A stretch of 63,710 nt of DNA, filler included, from Octopus bimaculoides (taxonomy: Eukaryota): the NCBI RefSeq assembly GCF_001194135.2. It is 8 parts of 6 records of this genome, joined end to end, with 100 filler letters (N's around TTAATTAATTAA, not from the genome) between each part and the next. Parts side by side here need not be neighbours in the genome. Positions count along the whole stretch, not along the records: positions 10,619 to 18,113 come from NC_068983.1; positions 18,214 to 29,868 come from NC_069009.1; 6 more parts are not named here. One strand, given 5' to 3'. Positions 12,609 through 24,524 of the stretch are shown here, piece after piece (positions within the stretch are counted from its first letter, which is position 1; every line of letters begins with the position of its first letter). The position numbers and the translations under genes are program-made. Below the pieces are notes generated by a model, which saw nothing but the letters and a program-made list of their open reading frames with translations, was not told the origin of the DNA and made no database searches.

Positions 12609-14002
12609 NNNNNNNNNNNNNNNNNNNNNNNNNNNNNNNNNNNNNNNNNNNNNNNNNNNNNNNNNNNNNNNNNNNNNNNNNNNNNNNNNNNNNNNNNNNN
12701 NNNNNNNNNNNNNNNNNNNNNNNNNNNNNTATATATGCACACACACATATATACGTGTGAGCGTGCGCGTGTGTGTGTGTGTCATGTGGGTATGCATTGG
12801 TGTATGTAATTATATTTGTACACCTACATATATTCACATACAATCTGCAATATTCGAACATTTCCTTGTATACGCGTATTATATGTAAACGTTTAAATTC
12901 TGTGTAAACAGCATCTGTATCTAGCATTTGCAATATGTGTGTATAATTGTACGAATTTCTAATTTCTCACTGCGTGTATACAATCGTCACACATAAATAG
13001 AATGTTTGTTTTATTTAGATACTTAAATCTAGCAATACCCGCTTCAAACGTAGAATCACACGCTGTTCTACTGCCCATAATTCCTTATTTGCTCGTAATG
13101 CAATCAATATCTGCCTCTCTTTAAGGTCCTTTGAGTATATTAAGTCGAAGAGATTGAAATTGCCAGCTATTTATTCGTAATATTTACTCAATAGTCAATA
13201 TTGGGTTTGTTAATTAAGCTCAAGTCCAATTTTTGCAGCAGTAATGTATATAGTTAATTAACGCGCATCATTATACAACTGCTGCATGTGAGTTTGGAGT
13301 GGGGACCAATAACTATAAAATTAGCTTGATAGTCTCCATCTTCAGAGGAAGTAAGCAATTACTGTATGATTCAAGTGTTTTCTTTTTGTTTTTGTTTTTT
13401 TGGCTTCTTTGTGTTTTTAACCAATGACATTTTCATCTTGATAGTGCGTACATATAGCAAATGATATATATATATATAATGATTCCTTCTATCTTAAACT
13501 TTTTGCTTAGCCTCCGCTCACATTTGATCAGTCAGAAATATGATCAGATGTATTCCATCCATGACTACCTCGTCTTTTTACAACAGTTAATACATGGAAG
13601 ACAAAATTGTCCAAGGACGTTAGGATAGTATTTGGGCTACATACGGTTGCTATTTCTATTTGGGAAAGCAAATACATAAATGCTTCCCCGTTGGTTGGGC
13701 TTTCTCAATATCAAATTTGTGGGCGAATACTCTATTTCAGTAACGTCTTTTAAATATTTTTGACAACTTCAGTGCAATGATATTTCAAGTCAATGCTAAG
13801 CTTGAAACACAGTGATGAAAATAGATATCATTTATCAGGCACAAGGTAATTAATTTCAGGAGTGGATTAATTTAAGGACTGAATTAAAACAACTACAGTA
13901 TTTTTAGGGTACTTTATTTTATTGATCCCGGGGGAAGGAAAAGGAAACTAACGCTTCTGTGATTTGAAGTCAGAAAGTAAGAAGCTGTAGCTAAATAAAG
14001 AA

Positions 14003-14335
14003 TAAAGACACCCCTCGGTCATGAATGACCATGGGATTGCACCTAGAAAGTTACTCTCCGATGCACAAGTCCTGGTAAGGTTGTTTATGGAAAACCAGCA
14101 GTCGCCCATACATACCAGCATCCCCTCTCCACGCCACCGATGTTATCCAAGGGAAAAGCAAACGCTGATACAGCTTGGCCCCAGTGGCGTCACAACTCAT
14201 TTCTGAGTGAACTGGAGTAACGTGAAATAAAATGTCTTGCTCAAGAACACAATACACAGCCCGGTCCGGGAATCGAACTCATTGCCTCATGATTGTGATC
14301 ACGATGCTCTAACCACTGAGCCATGCGCATTCACA
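14003..14335 (-). mobile_element. tRNA-derived SINE family 3, near full length
   Basis: The minus strand begins gtgaatgcgcatggctcagtggttagagc..gagttcgattcccgg..tgttcttgagcaagac. Confidence 0.8.
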
Positions 14336-14489
14336 ACTAAATACCGTAAGACATTTTATCCGATGTCGTAATGTTTCTGACAATACACAGACATGATGAA
14401 ACTACTTGTAATGTATACCGTGCGACAAAGATAACGGGTATCTTCACCGGCAATCGGAATACTATATGTTAAAGTATTAATTTTTAACA

Positions 14490-15430
14490 CTAACTAGACC
14501 TGAGCAATTTAACTAGTTCGTCCGTCCACCTTTCCAGAACGTTGTCAAGCGACCAGGATTTACTTCTCCATGTACCGCTGACGTTTTCTGGTCAATTATT
14601 ACGTTTGTCTCCACTTTATACCCACTCAAAGCAATACCGATCACTTCCGTATATTTCGTGTCCGGCACTATTAAAATGAACCGTCTGCATATGCCGATAC
14701 ATACCTTCTCTATCCTATTTCACGCAAGATTCCCCTCGAAACGTCTAGCTTCTACAGCACGTACTAAGGGTGAGATGGAGCTAACTTGATGGACCAAACT
14801 GCATGATGCTGAAGGGTTTCTAATAGATGTCATTTTCTTTGGACACCGTGGAGTTGTCGCTGTACATAGCAGAGAACCAGCCTGTGAAGGCAAAACCGAA
14901 AACATTTGCCATGAGCACAACTGCCAAATAGTGATGACCAACCCTATCGAAAGATTTTGCTTGATCTAAATTCATCAGCAATACCAGGTTCTTTACTCAC
15001 CTGTTCTTTGAGGTGGAGGATGCTGTCGATAGATCTGTTTAAGATAGGACATTTCCATGCCTCTCCTACCAGAGTATCGATGCTAAGTATCAACGTCTTG
15101 GTTAACACCTTAGCCAAAATCTTCAACTCTACATTCAGCAGATTAGCGTTACGGTCCTGGTGTTATGAACATCATTCTCCTTTTCAGCAGCACCATCACA
15201 CCTGGTTTTGCATGATTGAGAATTCTCGTTCTGCTGCCAGTTGCAATAAGTTTGGCACAGAGAAATAAAGCAGACCACCCAACCATTGCAACTATTCCCA
15301 GGGGTCACCAACGCTGTTATCGATTTTTCACAATACCCCGTTTCCCTAGTTGAAAGGTAAGAGTGTTTGTTCAGGTAGGCGGTAAATTTCACTTCCATCT
15401 GCAGTTCATCATCTGCCCTAAGACGTTGAG
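14490..15430 (-). pseudogene. Degenerate reverse transcriptase of an L1/Tx1-clade non-LTR retrotransposon
   Basis: Frameshifted motifs in the correct order: LLNVELKILAKVL, ..SSISPLVRAVEA, VSAYADG (YADD-equivalent, 14681-14700) and RWTDELVKLL. Confidence 0.85.
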
Positions 15431-15597
15431 CAAAATATCGCTAAAAAGCCGCACACATCCGCTTAGAAAAGAATAGCACGTGCCTTTACCGAATCAGCAA
15501 AACAGAATTATAGCTATTGCAGCGTGGAAGGTGTTTATAAGCCATTTAAAATAACACACAAAATCCGTTAGATTCACTTCAACATTTAAATTTAATT

Positions 15598-15644
15598 TGT
15601 CAAAATATTTTCGTCGCTTTGAGACCGCGACCTGTTCACTGACA
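15598..15644 (-). ncRNA. Minimal type-I hammerhead-ribozyme-like motif, variant core GUGAACA (G3:C8)
   Basis: UGUCA-GUGAACA-G-GUCGC(ggucucaaa)GCGAC-GAAAAUAUUU-UGACA: perfect stems I and II and a palindromic AAUAUU in stem III. Confidence 0.6.
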
Positions 15645-15670
15645 AAATTCTGTGCTGCATCTCAGAATTT

Positions 15671-15717
15671 TGTCAGTGAAGAGGTTGCGGTCTCAAAGCG
15701 ACGAAAATATTTTGACA
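15671..15717 (+). ncRNA. Second hammerhead-like copy, core GUGAAGA (3:8 pair broken)
   Basis: UGUCA-GUGAAGA-G-GUUGC(ggucucaaa)GCGAC-GAAAAUAUUU-UGACA. Confidence 0.5.
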
Positions 15718-16710
15718 AATTAAATTTAAATGTTGAAGTGAATCTAACGGATTTGGTGTGTTATTTTAAATGGCTTATAAACACCTTTCCACGCTGCAAG
15801 TGTTTTCGTTCCAGCACACGATCTCAGATCAGGTCACTTGCTATGCGAGTACATCTCCAGAATTATAGCTGTATGCCTCAATTATAGTTATTACTGATAG
15901 TGTTGCTGTTTGGTATCAATATTGCTGCTGCTTCTGTTCCTAGTAGTGTTGTTTCTGCAGTCTCTGATACTATCGTTGTTGCCACTTTCGTGGTTTTTGC
16001 CGCTACTGCTGCCGTTATTGTTTTTACTATCATTGCAGCAGCTTACTTTTGCTAATATCGGTATTACTGCTGCAGTCGTCATTGTGTTTACAGCTAGTGT
16101 TTTTTCTCCGCTATAGCAAAGGTGCAGTTATTTGGCCTTTGGCCTTTCAGCAATGAATATTTCCTCTCTCCTTCCACGAGCAGAACGCCGTCTTTGCTAA
16201 CATTGCCACTATTACTACTACTACTACTATCTTTGCATTTATCCATGTTGCTACTGTTGTTGCTGCTACTATCGTTTTCCTCTCTAGCATTTGTGTTATG
16301 ATTTCAACTTTAAAACTTTCAACACTTCAAAACACTTTCTCTTTCCGTTCCATGTATAGAGTGAGAACGAGGGTCCTTGAGACGTGCTGCACCTGTGTTT
16401 GCTAGTTATCTCTTACTTTCTTTTTAGCCTGCTGGCTGTGGAAACCGACGCCATATTTGTAAAAATATATTTTACGAAAGAATTCGAAGAATTATCCAAC
16501 AAATTTGAGTTCAACTGGGGCGAGGGACAGAAGCAAATTAATCCGCTTATATAATACTGATTATCTTTACTGTTACATGACAAACATTTAGCCAATAACA
16601 ACTTATGAATAGACTAACAAACATACAAGTGACTTTAAAAAACGGCAGGCTGCTGACACCACCAACACAACAGTCACAACAGTAACAACAACAGCAACAA
16701 TAATTATAAT

Positions 16711-17577
16711 AACTACAGAGCGGCAAGACGTGGTATGAGCACAAACTGCAGAGAGTGGCAGAGTCAGAGACTAACAAAATCCTTTGGGGTTTCTTAATCC
16801 AAACAGATCAAGTGCTAGAGCATAACAGACCGAACCTAGCAGTGGTGGACAAGGTGTACCATATACTCTACATCAGTGGTTCCCAAACTTTTTAGAGACG
16901 CGACCCACTATTTATGACACCAGTTTATGGCGACCCACTTAACTCTACTTGGTAAAAACATTAATGAAAGAAACAAATTTATTTCAGATTACATTTTCAT
17001 TGTGGCCTGAGAGAAAGATGAGCCTGTTTCTTGCTACTGCTTGATAAAACAACCATTCTGGTATTGAAAACATGAGTCTTGAACTATCTCGATAGACAAG
17101 TTAATCAAAGCTAATGCGTAATTTTATAACTTTTTGCGGCCCACTAGGATTCCGTTCGTGACCCATCAGTGGGTCGCGACTCATAGTTTGGTAACCACTG
17201 CTCTGTATAGTTGCTGCTGCATACCCCTGTGACCCACGAATAGTCAAGAAGGAAGGCGAAAAGATAGATAAATACAACCCTCTGAGGTACGAAATAGCCC
17301 AGTTGTGGAAAATGAAGAAGGTGAAGATAGTGCCAATTATTGTTGGGTCCTTGGGAACAGTATCAAAAGGCATCAAGAAAGAGGAATAATGAACGGAATT
17401 GGAATACAGTGTCCAGTAGAACTGCTACGAAAGGTTTGCATCCTTGGCACGGGCAGAATATACCGGAAAGTATTAGATAACTGAAAAGAACGGATAGCAC
17501 GGTGCCGTAAGCAGCAACTAGCAAGCCCGCTACGCATGAAAGACTTCAGGAACTCCAACAAAACCTGTGATAAAGAG

Positions 17578-17578
<1 letters not shown>
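16711..17578 (+). mobile_element. 5'-truncated R4/Dong-type non-LTR element A (restriction-like endonuclease end), interrupted by a hAT MITE
   Basis: WYEHKLQRVAESETNKILW..IQTDQVLEHNRPNL..|..KKEGEKIDKY..LWKMKKVKIVPIIVGSLG..ILGTGRIYRKVL*, followed by a 3' UTR and (TAA)n. Confidence 0.85.
16874..17200. mobile_element. hAT-superfamily (Charlie-like) MITE, 327 bp
   Basis: TIRs cagtggttcccaaact / agtttggtaaccactg; 8-bp TSD ctctacat / ctctgtat (6/8 match). Confidence 0.85.
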
Positions 17579-17651
<73 letters not shown>

Positions 17652-17675
17652 AATAATGATAATAATAATAATAAT

Positions 17676-17710
<35 letters not shown>

Positions 17711-17720
17711 TAATAATAAT
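17579..17720. repeat. (TAA)n microsatellite
   Basis: Read directly; it is the source of the poly-Ile ORFs. Confidence 0.95.
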
Positions 17721-17722
17721 AT

Positions 17723-18088
17723 GCACTCCTCTGGAACTTCACCATTCAAACTGACAGGAAGATAGATGCAAATAGGCCAGACATCATACTGAAAGACTTC
17801 AGACAAAAATCATGCCTCCTCATTGATATGACTGTCCCAATTGATATAAACGTATCTGTCAAGACCTACCAAAAACTGAGCAAATATAAAGATCTTGAAA
17901 TAGAAATTAACAAAATGTGGAATCTGAAGACGAAAACAATACCTATTGTCATAGGTGCCCTGGGAATGACAGCGAAACGGGCTGATTACTACCTCGCTCA
18001 GATACCAGGAAACCCCAAAATGGCTGAAGTTCAAAAGATAGTGCTCATGGGAGCTGCCCATATCCTACGTAAAATACTGTCTATGTGA
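17723..18088 (+). mobile_element. R4/Dong-type element B: uninterrupted 121-codon RLE (PD-D/ExK) endonuclease domain
   Basis: LLWNFTIQTDRKIDANRPDIILKD..LLIDMTVP..KLSKYKDLEIEINKMW..IPIVIGALG..ILRKILSM*. Confidence 0.9.
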
Positions 18089-18419
18089 TCTCAAATTTTA
18101 AAACAAACACATANNNNNNNNNNNNNNNNNNNNNNNNNNNNNNNNNNNNNNNNNNNNTTAATTAATTAANNNNNNNNNNNNNNNNNNNNNNNNNNNNNNN
18201 NNNNNNNNNNNNNGTATGAAGAAAAATTTATAGTCTTTGGACTAAAATTTTACACGCTAGGCCACTGGTGGTAGAAATTTCTAATATTTCTAATTACCCT
18301 TCGATATTATTAATTAATGAAAGGTTTAGATAGTCTCTAATACCTGTTTATAGAATATCCGAGCATTTGGAACATCATGTCAAGTGACGATTCCATAGGC
18401 TGGGTATTCCATCATCTGA

Positions 18420-19345
18420 GTGTTCCCTAAACATTTCGCCCGGTGTGCTAATGATTCTGCCAGCTCGCTGCCTTAATAATAATAATAATAATAATAATAA
18501 TCATTTCTACTCTAGGCACAAGGCCTGAAATTTTGCAGGAGGGGACTAGTTGATTAGATTGATCCCAGTAGGCAACTGGTACTTATTTGATCGACCCCGA
18601 AAGGATGAAAGGCAAAGCCAATCTCAGCAGAATTTGAACTCAGAATGTGAAGACAGATGAAATGCTGCTAGGCATTTTGCCCAGTGTGCTAATGATTCAG
18701 CCAGCTCACCGCTTTAATAATAATAAAGATAACCCTTTCTACAAAATGCTCTACGCTTGGAATTTGACTCCAGTACTTAACTGGCCCCCAAAGGATAAAA
18801 GACAAAGTCAACCTCAAAAGAATTCGAACCAACAATTCTGTCAGCTTACTGCCGTCATAACAACAATAATAATAATAATCCTTCCTACTGTAAGTTACAA
18901 GACCTGAAATTGTGGGGGAGGGGACTAGTCGATTACATTGACCCCAGTCCATAACTGGTACTTATTTCATCAATCCCAAAAGGATGAAAGGCAAAGTTGA
19001 CCTCAGTTTTGGGGCAGGGGATAAGTTGGTTAAATCAACCCCAGTGTTTAACTGGTACTTATATCATCAATCCCGAAAGGATGAAAGGCAAAGTCGACCT
19101 CAGCAGAATTTGAACTCAGAATGTAAAGACAGATGAAATGCTGGCATGCTAACGGTTCTGCCAGTGTGCCACCCTAATAATAATAGTAATAATAATAATA
19201 ATAATGGTTTCAAATTTTGACACAAGGGCTGCAGTTTTGGGGCAGGGGATGAGTTGATTACATCGACCCAAGTGTTTAACTGGTTCTTATTTTATCGACC
19301 CTGAAAAGATGAAAGGCAAAGTCGACCTCAGTGGAATTTGAATGT
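18420..19345 (-). mobile_element. Stack of ~6 SINE family 2 copies, mostly separated by (AAT)n
   Basis: Repeated ctggtacttat..atcgaccccgaaaggatgaaaggcaaagtcgacctc..gaatttgaactcag blocks. Confidence 0.85.
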
Positions 19346-19356
19346 ATAATAATAAT

Positions 19357-19932
19357 ATGCCCTGATGCAGTGTTATGCATTACACTATGCCCTCATGCAG
19401 TACCAGGCCGTGGTTCTCATGGCATCTGATCTTAATTGATTGGAAGTGTTATCATATACATTGTTTTGTCTTGGTATAAAAGATGGGCTACAGCAAATAT
19501 TCTGCTCAATACCACAGATTTGCTTGTCAGTTGTTTGACCTTAACCAGTTGAGCATGTCCTTTGGTGGCTGACGATATGTGCATCTCTGATCATGAGCAG
19601 AAGTAGTGGGGGAGCATCATAGCCATGTGTTGAGAGGAATTCTTTGGGGTTTGAATAATTCACTTTTGGAAACATAGCTGTTTCATTCAACATTCAACCC
19701 TTATTCAGGGACCTTTGGAGCAGGATAGGCTGCTCGACCAGAAGAAAATTCTGAGCCCCACTTTCAAGGTCATGCGCTGTTTATCTTGATATGAGATCAC
19801 CATGTCACACACATATGGTTGTGATGCATGTGCCTGGTGTACCCTTATCAGACGGGTAGTCATGATGGGTATATTGGGCTTCGTATATTTGTACCCAGTG
19901 TTGGTTTGATGGCATGCACTGCACTCTTATTC

Positions 19933-19940
<8 letters not shown>
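19357..19940. mobile_element. ~580-bp non-coding interspersed repeat embedded in (AAT)n; second copy at 59477-60012
   Basis: Colinear similarity between the two copies along their whole length; no ORF or Pol III boxes seen. Confidence 0.8.
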
Positions 19941-19974
<34 letters not shown>

Positions 19975-20830
19975 CTCTAATCGCAGGAAGAGAAGCTACA
20001 AGAGTAACACTCCTATTATAAACCAGGGTCAGAGAGGTTTGAAGTGAGCTAGGTATTCTCTTAGTACTGTTTCCATCCACCGAATTCACTCACAAGGCTT
20101 TGGTCAGTCCTGGGGCCTAGGGTAAAAGACATTTACCCCAAAGTAGCATGTACCAGGATTGAACTCATTACCACATGATTGAAAAGCAAGCTTTTTAACT
20201 ATTAACCAACCACACTGTCACATAAATCTGTCACTGGTATCAGTAAACAGCTGAGAATGAAGTACAACAGAGTACATACATGGCATGTACTCTGCTCCAG
20301 TTATGTAACTTTGAATTTTTTTCAAACTTTTTACTTCACATTAAGTACAAACCTATAAACACACACATGTTCCAGGGTATATACCCTCCCAAACAAGCAT
20401 ATATGTATATATATATCTATATATATATATGAGTGTGTGTGTGTGTATACATGTTCCCAAACTGAAATCTACAATGATTTTCAAGCCGGTGGGGTACGCC
20501 TGTTTTTGATATTTTCTTTTTTAATCTTTAATAATCGTTTGCGACTGGAGAAAGATTCTAAATGTGATAACATTTTGCGCAGTCACAGACCATTTAAATG
20601 GCAGGGGGCTGGCAGTGGGTAGGGAGTGGGGATAATTCCTTATTTGTACATAAATAACCTTAAAACGGGGGCAATTGTGCACTGAATGGTCCCAGATTTG
20701 TCTCCCTTATCTGATCTTCTGATCTGTGTTTGCTATATCACTTCAATGTGTGTATACTGTACATGTATGGATGTATGTATGCCTGTATATATATGTTTAT
20801 ATATATATATGCATGCACATATGATATGTA

Positions 20831-20874
<44 letters not shown>

Positions 20875-21452
20875 CACAGACATGTATAATATGTATGTAT
20901 ATGTCTCTCTCTCTCTCTCTCTCTCTTTCTATATANNNNNNNNNNNNNNNNNNNNNNNNNNNNNNNNNNNNNNNNNNNNNNNNNNNNNNNNNNNNNNNNN
21001 NNNNNNNNNNNNNNNNNNNNNNNNNNNNNNNNNNNNNNNNNNNNNNNNNNNNNNNNNNNNNNNNNNNNNNNNNNNNNNNNNNNNNNNNNNNNNNNNNNNN
21101 NNNNNNNNNNNNNNNNNNNNNNNNNNNNNNNNNNNNNNNNNNNNNNNNNNNNNNNNNNNNNNNNNNNNNNNNNNNNNNNNNNNNNNNNNNNNNNNNNNNN
21201 NNNNNNNNNNNNNNNNNNNNNNNNNNNNNNNNNNNNNNNNNNNNNNNNNNNNNNNNNNNNNNNNNNNNNNNNNNNNNNNNNNNNNNNNNNNNNNNNNNNN
21301 NNNNNNNNNNNNNNNNNNNNNNNNNNNNNNNNNNNNNNNNNNNNNNNNNNNNNNNNNNNNNNNNNNNNNNNNNNNNNNNNNNNNNNNNNNNNNNNNNNNN
21401 NNNNNNNNNNNNNNNNNNNNNNNNNNNNNNNNNNNNNNNNNNNNNNNNNNNN

Positions 21453-21492
<40 letters not shown>

Positions 21493-22769
21493 CCTTTTAC
21501 TTGTTTCAGTCAGTCAACAGTGGCCATGCTGGGGCACCACCTTGAAATGTTTTAGGCAAACTCGTCAACCCCATCACTAATTTTTAAGTCTAATCCTCAC
21601 AGCGTGCAGCACCCTAATCACTTGACCATACACCTTCACTGGTGGTTAGGATATTGCACTCATGATCACTAGACAGTGGGTTCAATCCTCAGACCAGGCA
21701 GCATGTTATATTCTTGACCAAAGCCCTTCAGTTCACTTTGCTCTGCAGGTGGGAGACTCGCAGAACCATTTGCACATCAACAGAAATGCTTTATGGCATA
21801 TCTTAGATCTCCTTACATTCTGAGTTCAAATCCCACTTGCCTGCAAATGGCAACTGGAAATCACTCCAGTGTTCGTCCCAAGTCTAGTCATGGTATCCAA
21901 TGTTCCAGTGATTTATTTAATTGCGATAGGATGGGCCTCATCGAGGAAATGACAAGGTTCTGGGACATGTGGCAATTTGCTATGCTTGAGNNNNNNNNNN
22001 NNNNNNNNNNNNNNNNNNNNNNNNNNNNNNNNNNNNNNNNNNNNNNNNNNNNNNNNNNNNNNNNNNNNNNNNNNNNNNNNNNNNNNNNNNNNNNNNNNNN
22101 NNNNNNNNNNNNNNNNNNNNNNNNNNNNNNNNNNNNNNNNNNNNNNNNNNNNNNNNNNNNNNNNNNNNNNNNNNNNNNNNNNNNNNNNNNNNNNNNNNNN
22201 NNNNNNNNNNNNNNNNNNNNNNNNNNNNNNNNNNNNNNNNNNNNNNNNNNNNNNNNNNNNNNNNNNNNNNNNNNNNNNNNNNNNNNNNNNNNNNNNNNNN
22301 NNNNNNNNNNNNNNNNNNNNNNNNNNNNNNNNNNNNNNNNNNNNNNNNNNNNNNNNNNNNNNNNNNNNNNNNNNNNNNNNNNNNNNNNNNNNNNNNNNNN
22401 NNNNNNNNNNNNNNNNNNNNNNNNNNNNNNNNNNNNNNNNNNNNNNNNNNNNNNNNNNNNNNNNNNNNNNNNNNNNNNNNNNNNNNNNNNNNNNNNNNNN
22501 NNNNNNNNNNNNNNNNNNNNNNNNNNNNNNNNNNNNNNNNNNNNNNNNNNNNNNNNNNNNNNNNNNNNNNNNNNNNNNNNNNNNNNNNNNNNNNNNNNNN
22601 NNNNNNNNNNNNNNNNNNNNNTGTATATTTATAATGATAAATAGTTTTACCGATAAAGGTTTTTTTCATACTGAACTACTTGGCAAAATTGTTAATTATT
22701 AATTCTATTATTAATTGACGATTCTCTGCCCTTATTCTTGTATATCTATATATATATATATATATATAT

Positions 22770-23670
22770 ATATGCTTGTGTCTGTGTTTGTCCCCACCCT
22801 ACCCCACCATCGCTTGACAACCAATGTTGGTGTGTTTATGTCCCTGTAGCTAAGGGACATAAGTACTAGGCTTACGAAGAATAAGTTCTGGGATCAGTTT
22901 GTTCAAATAAGGGCAGTGCTCCAGCATGGCCACATATGTCTGTGTCTGTGTTTGGCTTTATCCCCCACCAGTGCTGATGTGTTTATGCTCCTGTAACTTA
23001 GCAGTTCGGCAAAGGAGATTGATAAATAAGTACAAGACTTTAAAAAATAAGCACTGAGGATGATAAATTTGACTATAAATTCTTCCAGGCATTGCCCCAG
23101 TATGGCCATGGTTTAAGTATAAATTGAAGGAAAAGGCTAAAGATTGATAGGAGTGGCTGTGTGGTAAGTAGCTTGCTTACCAACCACATGGTTCCGGGTT
23201 CAGTCCCACTGCGTGGCACTTTTGGCAAGTGTCTTCTACCATAGCCTCGGGCCAACCAAAGCCTTGTAAGTGGATTTGGTAGACGGAAACTGAAAGAAGC
23301 CCGTCGTATATATGTATGGCTAAATCAGCCCATATATGATGGCTAAATCAGATTGGAGCCAGGTGTAGCCATCTGGTTTCACCAGTCCTCAGTCAAATCG
23401 TCCAACCCATGCTCGCATGGAAAGCGGACGTTAAACGACGATGATGATGATGATGATGATGTGTGTGTCTGTGTTTGTCCCCCCGACATCGCTTGACAAC
23501 CGATGCTGGTGTGTTTATGTTTCTGTAACTTAGTGGTTCGGCAAAAAGAGACCGATAGAATAAGTACTAGGCTTACAAAGAATAAGTCCTGGGGGTCGAT
23601 TTGCTCGACTAAAAGGCGGTGCTCCAGCATGGCCGCAGTCAAATAACTGAAACAAGTAAAAGAGTATATC
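22770..23670 (+). mobile_element. Cluster of SINE family 1 tails and head plus a V-domain-type SINE tail (23365-23460)
   Basis: Head ggagtggctgtgtggtaag..gggttcagtcccactgcgtggcac; tail gtttgtcccccc..catcgcttgacaaccgatg..ccagcatggccgcagtc; tcaaatcgtccaacccatgc..(gat)n. Confidence 0.8.
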
Positions 23671-23699
23671 TACTTATATTTTCTATCTATATACATAGT

Positions 23700-23922
23700 C
23701 TTTTCTACTCTAGGCACAAGGCCTGGAGTTTTTGGCAGAGGAGGGGGGATGGGTGCAGTTGATTAGATCGACCCCAGTACACAACTGGTTCTTATCTTAT
23801 TGACTCCGAAAGGATGTAAAGCAAAGTCGACCTCGGTGGAATTTGAACTAAGAACGTAAAGACAGATAAAATACTGCCAAGCATTTTAACCAGAGTGCTA
23901 ACCGTTTCTGCCAGCTTGCCCC
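23700..23922 (-). mobile_element. SINE family 2 copy
   Basis: Same blocks as 5310-5522. Confidence 0.8.
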
Positions 23923-24473
23923 CTTTCATAATACATAACAGCAGTTACACGTGTGTAAATATATGTGCACTATATTTATCCTCCCCCTCCACACACACAC
24001 ACACACCGACGTTCCGGTTGAACTGCTCAGTGTGTAAACCCCCCCCCCCNNNNNNNNNNNNNNNNNNNNNNNNNNNNNNNNNNNNNNNNNNNNNNNNNNN
24101 NNNNNTCCCTCTTCCTAGACAATGGAAGTCTGAGTACAGCCGACATCCTGAAATATTTGTCATGTAATGTCTCCCGGCTGAGAGTCGTTCTTATCTCACG
24201 GCTTTGACCTGACCTGAATATTTCAAGTGCTTATTTGGAGCACACATGCATACACATACATATATATATATATGTGTGTATATATACATACATACATACA
24301 TACATACATGCATACATATATATATATATATATGTATACACACCCAGACATACACACACACACCCACACACACATATATATGTATGTGTATATATACATA
24401 CATACATATACATATATACATATACATATACATACATACATGCATATATATATATGTATACAGACCCAGACAT

Positions 24474-24524
<51 letters not shown>

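Larger units (their letters stand above)
15517..15799. mobile_element. 283-bp palindrome (two ~136-bp arms, 10-nt loop) made of inverted Penelope-type terminal repeats
   Basis: The arms differ at ~4 positions. A 13-bp direct repeat cagaattatagct lies at 15503-15515 and 15858-15870. Confidence 0.85.

Noticed and set aside
16355-16392. Possible sixth hammerhead (GTGAGAA-CGAG-GGTC-CTTG-AGACGTG)
   Set aside because: The core, the GAAA and stem I all need several corrections, so it is too degenerate to call without a consensus.
20470-20720. Candidate terminal exons for the THAP gene (..RKRLLKIKKENIKNRRTPPA* on the minus strand)
   Set aside because: Equally plausible splice-bounded frames exist on the plus strand and some sites are weak, so it cannot be supported without transcripts.
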